The notes beneath the pieces are model-generated. The model did no database searches, was not told where the DNA came from, and saw nothing but the letters and a program-made list of their open reading frames with translations. Below, in pieces: positions 46,439 through 58,800 of a stretch of 64,000 bases of DNA. Origin of the DNA: Octopus sinensis (taxonomy: Eukaryota); the NCBI RefSeq assembly GCF_006345805.1, contig NC_043012.1, forward strand, positions 56,420,001 to 56,484,000, given 5' to 3'. Position numbers and translations under genes: made by a program. Positions within the stretch are counted from its first letter, which is position 1; each line of letters begins with the position of its first letter.

Positions 46439-49400
46439 GATTCAGCAGATATAAATACCACAGTGGTGTGGTTCAGAAAACTGCTTTGCAAACCATATAG
46501 CTTCAGGTTCAGTCCCAACAGTTTGGCACCTTAGGTAACCCAAATCAAACAGAATTTTGTGAGCGAATTTGGTGGACAATCTGTGTAAAAGCCCATGATA
46601 TTGTGCATGTGTGTGTGTGTGTTCATGCGTGTGTTTGTTCTTATGTGTGTGATTGCGTGTATGTGTGTTTGTATATGTCGTGATGTAAGCATTTGTCTGT
46701 GCTTGTGTGTGTGTGTGTGTCTGTGTGAATGTGAGTGTTTATGAGTGTATGTGTCTCCCTACGTGCTAACTAGTGTTGGTTTGTTTATGACCCTATAGCT
46801 TAACACTTCAGCATAAAAGAGACAAATAGAATAAGTGCCTGGCTCAAGAAAGAAAGAAACAAACTAGTACTGAATTTGATTTGATTGACTAAACCCATTC
46901 AAAGTAGTGATCCAGAATGGCCACAACCCAATGACTGAAAGAAGTAAATAATCCTTTCTGCTATAGGCACAAAGCCTGAAATTTTGCAAGAAGGGGCTGG
47001 TCAATTAGAGTGGTATTTTGTCTGTCCGCTGAAGTCAACTTAGCCTTTCATCCTTCGGGGTTGATAAATTAAGTACCAGTTGCATACTGGGGTCAATTTA
47101 ATCGACTGGCTCCCTCCCACAAAATTTCAGTCCTTGTGCTTAGAGTAGAAAAGAATAGAGAATAAAATGCAAAGTCAACCTTTGCCTTCAACTATGAGTG
47201 CATTGCATCATAGCAGAAACAACTGTATGCTAATGAAGTTCATAACATAATTGTTTATTCCTTTGTCATCCTTATATATATATATATTCTCTTACTTGTT
47301 TCAGTCATTTGACTGTGGCCATGCTGGGGTACTGCCTTTAGTCGAGCAAATTGACCCCAGGACTTATTCTTTGTAATCCTAGTACTTATTCTATCAGTCT
47401 CTTTTGCCAAATTGCTAAGTTACGGGAACATAAACACACCAGCATCGGTTGTCAAGCAATGTTGGGGGGACAAACACAGACACACAAACATATACACACA
47501 AAATCAAAACAAATCAAAATAGATGAACATCAATGGAATTTGTATCTTTGTGGTACCAGTGCCGGTAGCACACAAGAAAACCATCCGAACGTGGCCGTAG
47601 CCAGTACCGCATCGACTGGCCTCCGTGCTGTGGGCATGTAACAAACACCATCTGATCGTGGCTGTTCGCCAGCCTCATCTGGCACCTGTGTCGGTGGCAC
47701 ATAAAAACACCATCCGAAGACCCGGCAAGACTAGTCAGGCCATAACCCGTGGGCCCTACCTGGGACGTAGTCAGTCCACCTGTGCATACCTTCCTTCTTG
47801 TGACACTTGTGAAGACCTGTTGAGGCAAGTGAAAATCAAATCAAATCAAAACAAATTAAAATAGATGAACATCAATGGAATTTGTATGTTTGTAGTACCA
47901 GTGCCGGTGGCACACAAGAAAACCATCCGAACATGGCCGTAGCCAGTACCGCATCGACTGGCCTCCGTGCTGTGGGCACGTAACAAACACCATCTGATCG
48001 TGGCCGTTCGCCAGCCTCATCTGGCACCTGTGTCGGTGGCACATAAAAACACCATCCGAGCGTGGCCGTCTGCCAGCCTCGTCTGGCACCTGTGTCGGTG
48101 GCACAAAAAAAAAACACCATCCGAGCGTGGCCGTTCGCCAGCCTCATCTGGTACCTGTGTCGGTGGCACATAAAATCACCCACTACACTCTTGGAGTGGT
48201 TGGCGTTAGGAAGGGCATCCAGCTGTAAAAACGCTGCCAGATCTGACTGGCTTGGTGCAGCCTTCGGGCTCCCCAGACCCCAGTTGAACCGTCCAACCCA
48301 TGCTAGCATGGAAAGCGGACGTTAAATGATGATGATGATGATGATATATACATATATACAATGGGCTTCTTTCAGTTTCCATCTACCAAATCCACTCACA
48401 AGGCTTTGGTCAGCCCGAGGCTATAGTAGAAGACACTTGCCCAAGGTGCCATGCAGTGGGTCTGAACCCGGAACCATGTGGTTCGTAAGCAAGCTACATA
48501 CCACACAGCCACTCCTGTGCCTATATAAAGTCAAATTGCATATAACAATGCATATGTATATTTTAATAGCTCGAAAACTCTACCATGATGTTGTAGCAGG
48601 GCTCAGATTTGAAAACCACATCGGCTTAGTAATGAGAACCGGCATATGAGGTGACTTGGCCAGAATTCTGTCCAATCATATTTCAGATGCATCATGTAAT
48701 CGTGACCTATTTCTCATTACTAAGCTGATGCGGTTTCAAATCTAAGCCCTGCTACTATGTAATTATTTTAGTCTCAACACAAGATTGCAGGCCAGTTTAC
48801 TTTCCTAACAAGTTCATTGCAAGATGTCAAAAGTTTATAATATTATCATCACTATCGTCACCAGCACCTTTCATGTCATCATCATCCTCACTTTATTTCC
48901 ATTTTTCAGGTTGGCATAGGTTAGTCAGATAGTCACAGTTCCTATCAGTTCTTATTTGGAGTTATCACCTCGTAAATGAAATGGAAGATCACAACCCCAA
49001 TTTCCTTGTACTTTCCATTTCAGCATGGCTTCTGTACCTGGATGCTATTCATAACATGAACCCCTTAGCTGAGTCTACTGGGTACATTTTATCATGGTAC
49101 CAGCGCTAGAAGGAAATCACATCCTCTTCAACCTATTTAGTCTTTGTTTATTTGTCAAAATATATAATTTATTAAAAAAAATATTAAATATATAAAAACA
49201 ACTTACATTTGATAAAATTGCAATTCTTGAGATACCATAAAGTACACTGTACCATATCCCTATAAATTAAGGAAACAACATTGAATAAATGAATTTGTAT
49301 GAATATGCATATAATCTCACTGTAGTCTACTTGTAGTGTAGACTAAACAACAACAACAACAACAATCTTTTCTACTATAGGCACAAGGCCTGAAATTTGG

Positions 49401-52400
49401 TGGGAGGGGACTAGTTGATTACATCGACCCCAGTACTCAACTGGTACTTATTTTATCAACCCCGAAAGGATGAAAGGCAAAGTCGACTTTGGTGGAATTT
49501 GAACTCAGAACATAAAGATGGATGAAATACCACTAAGCATTTTGCCCAGCATGCTAATGATTCTGCCAGTTTGCCGCAATGATGATGATGATGATGATGA
49601 TGATTTAAAATTTTGGCACAAGACGAGTAATTTTGGGGGAAGGAGGAAGTTGATTACATTGACCCCAGAACTTGACTGGTACTTATTTTATTGACCCCGA
49701 AAAGATGAAAGGCAAAGTCAATCTGAGTGGCATTTGGACTCAGAATGTGAAACTGGGCAAAATGCCGCTAAGCATTTTGTCCAGATTGCTAATGATTCTG
49801 CCAGCTCACTGCCTTAATAATCTTTTCTACTAAAGGCACATCGACCCCAGTGGTCCACTGGTACTTAATTTATTGACTCCAAAAGGGTGAAAGGCAAAGT
49901 CAACCTTGGCGGGATTTGAACCCAGAACATGAAGACAGAAGAAATACTGTTAAGCATTTCACTCAGTGTACTAATGATTCTGCCAGCTTGCCGCCTTAAA
50001 AATAATAATAATCCTTTCTACTAAAGGCACAAGACCTAAAATTTGGTGGAAGGGAGCTGGTTGATTACATCAACCTTAGTGTTTCACTGGTACTTAATTT
50101 GAAAGGCTAAGTCGATCTCAGCAGAATTTGATCTTAGAACACAGCAACAGGTGATAAACTGCTAAGCATTTCATCCAACCTGCTAAAGATTCTGTCAGCT
50201 TGCCACCTTAAAAATAACATAATAATCCTTTCTATTATAAGCACAAGTCCTTGGTTTCAGGTTCAGTCCCACAGCATGGCACCTTGGGCAAATGTCTTCT
50301 ACTATAGCACCAAGCCAACCAAAGCCTTATAAATGGATTTGGAAGATGGAAACTGAAAACAGCCTGTTGTATGTATATGCATGTATGCTTGTGTGCGTCT
50401 TTGTGTATGTCCTCCCCACATCATTTGACAATTGATGTTGGTTTGTTTATGGCCCCATAACTTAGCAGTTTGACAAAAAGAAACTGATATAATAAGTACC
50501 AGGCTTAGAAAAAGTGAAGTACTGGGGTTGAGTTGTTTAACTAAACCCTTCAAGGCAGTGCCCCAGCATGGCTGCAGCCAATGATTGAAACAAATAAAAG
50601 TTAGATATCTTCTTTGTGAAAAAGAAAGAAAAAAATGCATATATACAAGTATATATACTTGGTCTTCAGTTCAGCTTTCTTGTTATTCTTTGTGTCACAT
50701 GTATTAAGAAAACAAGAGTATACGAAACATTTAGGAAGACCAAGTTTTAGGCTTACAAAACAAAGATTTATGTTTAAAAGGAAAGGTAAGATAATTTAAA
50801 ACAAATCTGAATTTAAGTAGAAACAATTGCTTTGTATCAAACCATAACTTTCTTTCAACACAAAATTCTTTCGCTCTTTTCTTCTTTCATTTTTGTCATC
50901 GTAAATAACAAAATGAAGTATTAGATAATGAAGTCTTAACTCTTTTGATACCAAATTGCTTGAGGTCACCTTGGTTCTATGACATTAACACCCTGTTTTA
51001 AAGTAATCTATATTTAAAAACTTCCATCACAAGTTCTTATTAATTCATGTTCTATATTTCACCTTAATTATGGCAATGTTATTTTAATAAGTTCTTCATT
51101 CTTTTCAGAATTAATTGAAATAAAGGCAGTGTATTTCAACACATATAGTACCAAAAGGGTTATGTATCCTTAAATAGACGGACAGAAATGCTTTCTATTG
51201 TGGGTCTACTTGATCAGGTTATATATATTCAAAAGCAAAAAGATTATCAGAAAATTGAAACACTCACCAATATTGGTTGCAATTTGTGGAGTTGGTCGTT
51301 TTATTGTAGTAACAAACTTATTGGCATCAGCTCTGATTTCTATTATATTGTTGATTAAACAGAACAATGGACCCATGGGGAAAGCAGCTACAAATAGGGT
51401 TAGAAACCCAAATTGAAGAACTGAAATAGAAAGCATAGAGTATAATTAAAATCTCACATATTTATTGCTAAAATTAATTAAATTTGTATAAATATGTTAG
51501 GTGATCCAGGTGAGGTGTGTGGCTTAGTGGTTGGGGTGTTGCACTCATGATTGTATGATTGTGGTTTCAATTCCTGGACTGGGCGATGCATTATGTTCTT
51601 GAGCAAAACACTTACTTTCACATTCTTCCAATACACTCAGCTGATAAAAATGAGTAGTTCTGTATCAGACCAGCATTTCATCCAGAGGGGAATCCAAGAA
51701 ATCATCCTTATAAGTCTATAGCTTGGGAAGGACTTTTGATTCTCTTATTTAAGTGGAAGAAGACTGACTTCTGATTATGTGATATTTAGTCCAAGTCATA
51801 TAAACAAATAACTCTGTGTGACTTAGTATGTATGGCTGAGCAAAACAGGTTTCACTCCTACTTTACAGGTGCAGTATTTATTTCACACAACATAAATACA
51901 AGGGCATCAAGCTATAGACAATCATTCCAAAAGTATGTGTACCATAAAGGGACACAATCCATCTGATGCTATCATGGAAAACTATTTGTAAAATAATTGT
52001 TTCTAACACAGGAGGTAAAAGGCTTGAAATTTGGGAGATGAAAATGGTCAAATTATATAAGAGGCACTTAACTTGTAGTTTACTTTATTGACATCTAGAG
52101 GAAAGAAGAACAAGGTTGATCTTGGTGGGATTTGATCTTAGAATGTAGAGAGACAGAACAACTATTGTAAAGCATTCTGTCAAAGGTTCTAATAAATCTG
52201 CCAATTCAATGCTCTGTTACTCAAGATAAGGACTTACACACTCACAAATATATTATTACCATCATCGTCATTTAACGTCCGTTTTCCATGCTGGCATGGG
52301 TTGAATGGTTGGCTTAGAGCTGGCAAGCTGAGAGTTGCACCAAGTTCCAGTCTTGTGTTTTGGCTTGTTTTCTACAGCTGGATGCCCTTCTAAACACCAA

Positions 52401-55400
52401 CCACTTTACAGAGTGTACTGGGTGCTTTTTATGTTTCACCATCACCAACAGGGTCTGTTTTTAATTGTATATATTTTAAAGCCAAAACAAGGCAAGTTAT
52501 ATGAATAATACAGGTTGGTAATTTTACCTGGTCTTTCATTATTTCAGGGTTAGGATCCACTTCTTCAGGAAATCTTTGGAAAAAAGTTATTTGCTGACCT
52601 GCTCTGTTCAAAGATTTCCTGGGGAAGGGAGCCTAATCCTGAAATATTTAAATACTAGGTAAAACTATCAACCTGTATATTTTTATAACTTGCCTTGTTT
52701 GGGTTTTTAAAATATAATTAATATTTATTTATATCTATATGGGATGATGTTTCATGAAAGCTATATATAAAGAAGTATAGTCAAACGAATCGACCCCGGT
52801 ACATATTTTTTCTAAAGCCTGGTACTTATCCCATTGGTCTCTTTTGCTGAACTGTTAAGTTACGGGGATGTAAACACACCAACGCTGGTTGTCAAATGAC
52901 GGGGGTGGGGTGGGGGCAAACACATGCACAAAAACACAAACATATACACATATATATGAGCTTCTTTCAGTTTCTATGAACCAAATCCACCCACAAGACT
53001 TTGGGCAACCTGAGGCTATTGTAGAAGACGCTTGACCAAGGTGCCACACAGTGGGACTGAACCTGTAACTATGTGGTTGGGAAGCAAACTTCTTACCATA
53101 CAGCCACATCTGCTTCCATGCTTGGATATAACTGTCAGTAAATGAAAAATAATTATAACTAAATAACAATTTTGGCACTTGTGCAGGTGGCATGTAAAAA
53201 AACATCACTTGAGTGTGGCCGTTGCCAGTACTGCCTGACTGGCCCTCATGCCGGTGGCACGTAAAAGCACCCACTACACTCTTGGAGTGGTTGGTGTTAG
53301 GAAGGGCATCCAGCTGTAGAAACTCTGCCAGATCAGATTGGAGCCTGGTGCAGCCATCTGGTTCGCCAGTCCTCAGTCAAATCGTCCAACCCATGCTAGC
53401 ATGGAAAGCAGACGTTAACCGATGATGATGATGATGATGATTACCATTGAAAACAAAACAAAAGCAAAATATTTATACTCACTCATTTCTAAATATTCAT
53501 AAAACAGAGTTGTGGTATCAACATCAGTCAGAAGGAGATCTTTCTCCCAAGGAGTATTTGGTAGTTTCTTCTTGGCAGCTTCTTTCCATCGTTTCATGCA
53601 ATATTTCCATAATTTCCTGGAAATTATGAACTCATGTTATCTCATGTTCTCAGTCATAATGATACATTCACACAAAAGATACAAGTTTTTAAGAGACACA
53701 GTAAGAGACATAGTAAGACTAAATAGATAGATAAACAAAGAAATAGATATTTGTATGTATATATACATGTACCGTAAATCCTCGTGTATAATCCACATTT
53801 TTTCCCCAAAATTTAAATGTCAAAATCCCTAGTGCGTATTATACACGAGGTTAAAAATTAAAAATATTTTCTAAGCAATGTCCGAGTCTCTATTTGCTGT
53901 CTGGCAATGTTTATTTAGACGCATTTTATGATGTCAGGTGCGAAAATACCTTAAGCTAAGCCTGAAAGCAATGAAGTCATAAAAGAATCATCCATAACTT
54001 GCAATAAGCAACATTTATTAAACGTTATTACTGTTATTTCTTTATTTTCTGCAAACAAAATGCACAAAAAAGATACACATTTGCATTATGTTACATATAC
54101 AACAATAATAAAGGATGTAACTGTATACATTTTTACAAACCAAGGACGTTATATAGACCTCCTTAACTCAAGTTAGAGAAGGGGTGTGTATTATACACAA
54201 GGTTTGAGATTTTCAGAGGCACAGCCCCCTAAAAATCCCCTGTGTATTATACTCAAGGGCGGACTATACTCGAGGATTTACGGTATGTATATATAGAGAT
54301 AGCTTGATAGGCAGAGAGAGCAAGAGATGGGGGGAAAAAATTGATTCACTCAATTGGTCATAATATGCCATGTTCTGGTTTTATAGATCTGTAGCAGGAA
54401 TATTTGGCAGTAGCAAAACACCTTGAAACTGAACCCAGGTCACCGTATCTGATACAAAAACAACAACAGAACATGAACATAATTTGTTTAAATATTGCTG
54501 ATATCTTCAAAACATTAACCATTTAAATTTCCAGTGGAACAGAATCTAATTAAACAATTTCATCTTTGATGTGCTTTTCCTGTAAAAGACATTGGCTGTA
54601 TATTCAGCACATTTTAGCCACTAGACAGCACCAGAGAACTAGAAATCTGACAAGAGAAGTGTTTGTAGCATCAAGACAATGGTCAAAGACAACAACAATG
54701 ACAATAATGGTGGTGATGGCAGCAACACAGCTTAACGAGCTAATGCCAAGAAACACATCATGTTATATCTGAACCAATAATGAAATTTCAAACAAACTTC
54801 AAATTATATTTGTCACATCACCATCATTGTTTAACGTCCTCTTTCCACGTTGGCATGGGTTGGATGGTTTGACATGGAGCTGGATAGCAGGTAGCTGTCC
54901 AGATTCCAACTGTCTGTTGTGGAATGGGTTCTATGGCTAGATGCCGTTCCTAATGCCAATCAGTTAACAGAGTGTGCTGGGTGCTTTTTACGTGCCACTG
55001 ACATGGGTGTGTTTACATAGCACGGGTATGGGCGCATTAACACAGCACCAGCATGGGTGCTTTCCAAGTGGCATCAGCACCTGAAAGGATAAGCCTGTAC
55101 GTGTGGAAGACAGTTCTTGTCATTACTAGTAACAACATTTAGTCATTGATAAGAATAAATATTTTTGCATTTAAAATCTCAATAGAATCTGTGTTCATTC
55201 GATTTGTATCAACTCCATAGCAAACCATAACACAATCCACGCATGCAGAAACATCTTATCGTAAGAGATCCAAAAGAAACAAGAGCACTCAGAGAGCACA
55301 AACCTCCGTCAAGGCAAACACCAACGTCCTCTCAACAATTAGCCAGAGATTATTTTTAAAATGAGAATATCTGAAATAAGCTCAACTGCTCTCACAAATG

Positions 55401-55852
55401 AGAATGCTAAAAATGAACCTGATCACTCTCCAAAATTAAGTAAAAAAAACAGGAAAAATAGTCCAAAATCCTTGTCAATCCCAAAATCTAATCAGTGTGT
55501 GTCAGTTATGAGGCCAAACATGCCTGGAAGTTTCTTTCAAATCCATCAAGCAGTTCTTGAGATATCTTGTCCCTGGACAAACTAACAAACACAACTGAAA
55601 ACAATACCTTTGCCTTCGCTAAGGCGGAGGTAATAAAAGGAAAAGTCAACAGTAGATGGCTGAAAGGAAGAACAAATTTAAAAGGAAGTTGAACTCAGAC
55701 TGCAGAAGGATGAGACTAAATAGATGCAGGCATGGCTGTGTGGTTAATAAACTTGCTTTGCGATTCCCTAATTTACAGTCAAACAAAAAAGTTTCTTTTA
55801 CTGTAGCCTCATGTGTGAGTAAGTAAATATAATGTAAGAACTGAAATTAATT

Positions 55853-55888
<36 letters not shown>

Positions 55889-58800
55889 ATCAAAACTGCT
55901 GACAAATGGTACAAACACCACCCTGAGGCTGTAACTGAAGGAGAAAATGTAATGATTCTTTGGGACCATCAAAGCTAATAAACCAGATATTGTTGTGAAA
56001 GACCAAAACCAATAAAGTCTGTTTACTGATTGACATGAGCATACATTGTGATCATAATATCTCAGCAAAAGAATTTGATAAGCTCAGAAAATATAAAGAT
56101 TTGCTGATTGAAATAAAAAAAAATGTGGCATCTCAAGATGGTTACAATACTAGTGATTGTAGGGGCACTTGGAATGACTAAAAAAAGAAATGAAAATTAT
56201 TTGAGGATGATCTCTGGCTTATCATCCATACAAGAAGTGCTAAAGACTGTTTTAACACGTACATCACACGTATTGAGAAGAGCATTGTCACTGTGAATTT
56301 TCCTTCCTTTTTCCTCCTATATTTTCTTTTTCTCTCACCACCACTTCAACAAATATGGTAACGCTTATATTTTGCTGGTGAGGTTGTAATAAGACTGAAA
56401 CAGACCTGAAGTTGTTTCTTTTATCCTTTACTTGTCCTATTTATTAGACTGCAGCCACCTTGAAGGATTTTAGTTGAAAAAATTGACCCCAGTACATTTT
56501 TTTAAAGTCTGGTACTTACTCCATTGGTCTCTTTTGCTAAACTGTTATGCTATAAGGATATAAACAAACCAACATTGGTTTCAAGTAGTGGAATAAGGTC
56601 ATACACGAACACCAACACACATAATACATGGGGTTCCACATATCAAATTCACTCACAAGACATTGGTCAGTGTAGGGTTATAGTAGAAGACACTTGCCCA
56701 AGTTGTCACACAGCAAGACTGAACCAGAGACATTTTGGTGACAAAGCATGCTTCTTAACCACACAGCCAAGTCTATTTTCCACATTTGCCAAAGTAATTA
56801 AAACATTATTGGTCATTGTGAGCTGGCAGAATCGTTAGCATGCCAGGCAAAATGCTTAGCAGTATTTTGTCTATCTTCATGTTCTGAGTTCAAATTCCAC
56901 TGAGGTTGACTTTGCCTTTCATCTTTTTGGGGTTGATAAATTAAGGTACCAGTTGCATACTGGAGTCAATCTAATTGACTGCCTCCCTCCCCCCAAAATT
57001 CAGGCCTTGTGCCTAGAGTAGAAAAGAAAAGAATATTGTTTTTCTTTGTTCTTTTTTTACTCCACCACAATTATTTCTCATCAGATTTTGAATAATCCCT
57101 GTGTTACATATCAACAGTTATTTAATTATTGTAAAATCTGAATAAAGTTACAGATTGTAGCTGTAGCAGATACTTGTGTCATACAACTGGCAAACAAACT
57201 GGTGGCACATAAATGCACCCATTGCATTCTCAGAGTGGTTGGCATTAGGAATGGCATCCAGCCATAGAAACCATGCTAAATCAAACTGGAGTTTGGTGCA
57301 GACCCTCAGCTTGCCAACCCTGGTAAGCCATCCAACCCATGCCAAGAGGATGACAGATGTTAAGTGATGATGATGATGACCTTTGACTTGGGTTTAAAGA
57401 TGTGTAGCGTGGCACAAGTAGCCAGCACCATTTTGTACAAGATCTCACTGGCAGCCATTATCTTGTCCGAGACAAGAGCGAGTCTTGCGTACAACCGTTG
57501 CCATGGGTGACACAACGAGGCTCTCCTCGACAACGGCTATTTAAGCAGGTATGAAAGACGGTCAACCTCTTAGTCTTCTCCAGCTTGCTTACACTGAGGG
57601 ACGCTACGAAGCAGGCAGCTACAGCGGACTCTAACCTGCTCTAACTACATACGTTATTCTCCAGAGGTAATGTACTTCACATGAGTGGAGATGACACGCC
57701 ATGCGCTGCCATAAAGATGGACACTTAGAACGGGACACAAGATCGGGAATCACAATAAACGATTATTGAATAGCATCCAGTCGTGAGCTTCTTTCACCAT
57801 CCAGATCCTTAACCCTTTAGTGTTTGCATTATTCTGCCAAAATTAATGCTTCTTCATCCACATTGTTTTGAATTAATCATGCATTATCTTGTAGCTATGA
57901 GATTTTTGATGAAGTAGCTGTTAACTTTTAAAACGATATTGTAGGGTTGGTGTGAGAAACCAGATCTGGCCAGTTTGAACATAAAACAGGTAGAATATTT
58001 TTGGCCGGATATGGCCGGTTTAAATACTAAAGGGTTAAGACAGAAAATAATTATAATGGGAGAAGGTGGTACTCTATTGGTATCATGAACTTTTCCTTTC
58101 CCTTATAGATGTTAAATGGTAGAGTGATTTACTTGTAGGAAACCTCTGAACTAACTGAAGAGTCCAAAGCTCAAACAATTAAGAGTTGAGTTAATGATGT
58201 GATTTTCTGAATAAAGAAACAAATCAATTTAAGATCAATTTAAGAGACTGTTTAGCTGGCATGAGAATTTCAGTTTTTTCTCTTTCAATTCTTAAATTTC
58301 CAGAAAACGCCACAAAAGACTGAGTTACAGTTGACCTAGGTTGGGTTAGGGCTAGGTTCAATCTCAACCCTCACAACAGCAACAGGAGTAACTAGTCTAT
58401 GTGGACTGACTACTGAGATGAGTTTTCTTGATTATAGTTTACCTGAGGCTAACACCAACAATCGCAGTAGTAGCAGCAGCAGCAACAGAAACAGCAGCAG
58501 TAACAACAATGACAGCTAGCTATTAATGATTAATGGGAACTGTACTATTACTGAGGACTTTAGAACAAGCACAACAGACATTGCTCAACCGAAAACTAGA
58601 AAAGAAATAGATCTATAAATAAGAAAAGACATTTGTAGAGATAAAGCATATAAATAGAATGTGAATTATGCAACACAAAGACAACAGGCAAAATCTTTTC
58701 ATGTATAATAGAGAGAGAAGTGGAGAGAGAGAGAGAGAGATTAAAAATATAGCATCTTTAGAACCTTAGAAAAAATAACAAAAGACAAAGATAAAATAAA

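Noticed and set aside
46240-46518. N-terminal FLSF/FLPS part of the 154-aa ORF
   Set aside because: Intronic microsatellite in frame with the true exon; the exon begins at 46239.
25800-48170. CRISPR-like arrays (25800-26700, 35767-36247, 47560-48170)
   Set aside because: No constant repeat with unique fixed-length spacers, no cas genes, eukaryotic context.
47514-48649. Overlapping 80-145-aa ORFs
   Set aside because: Products of GC-rich D-modules and SINE sequence; no domain signature.
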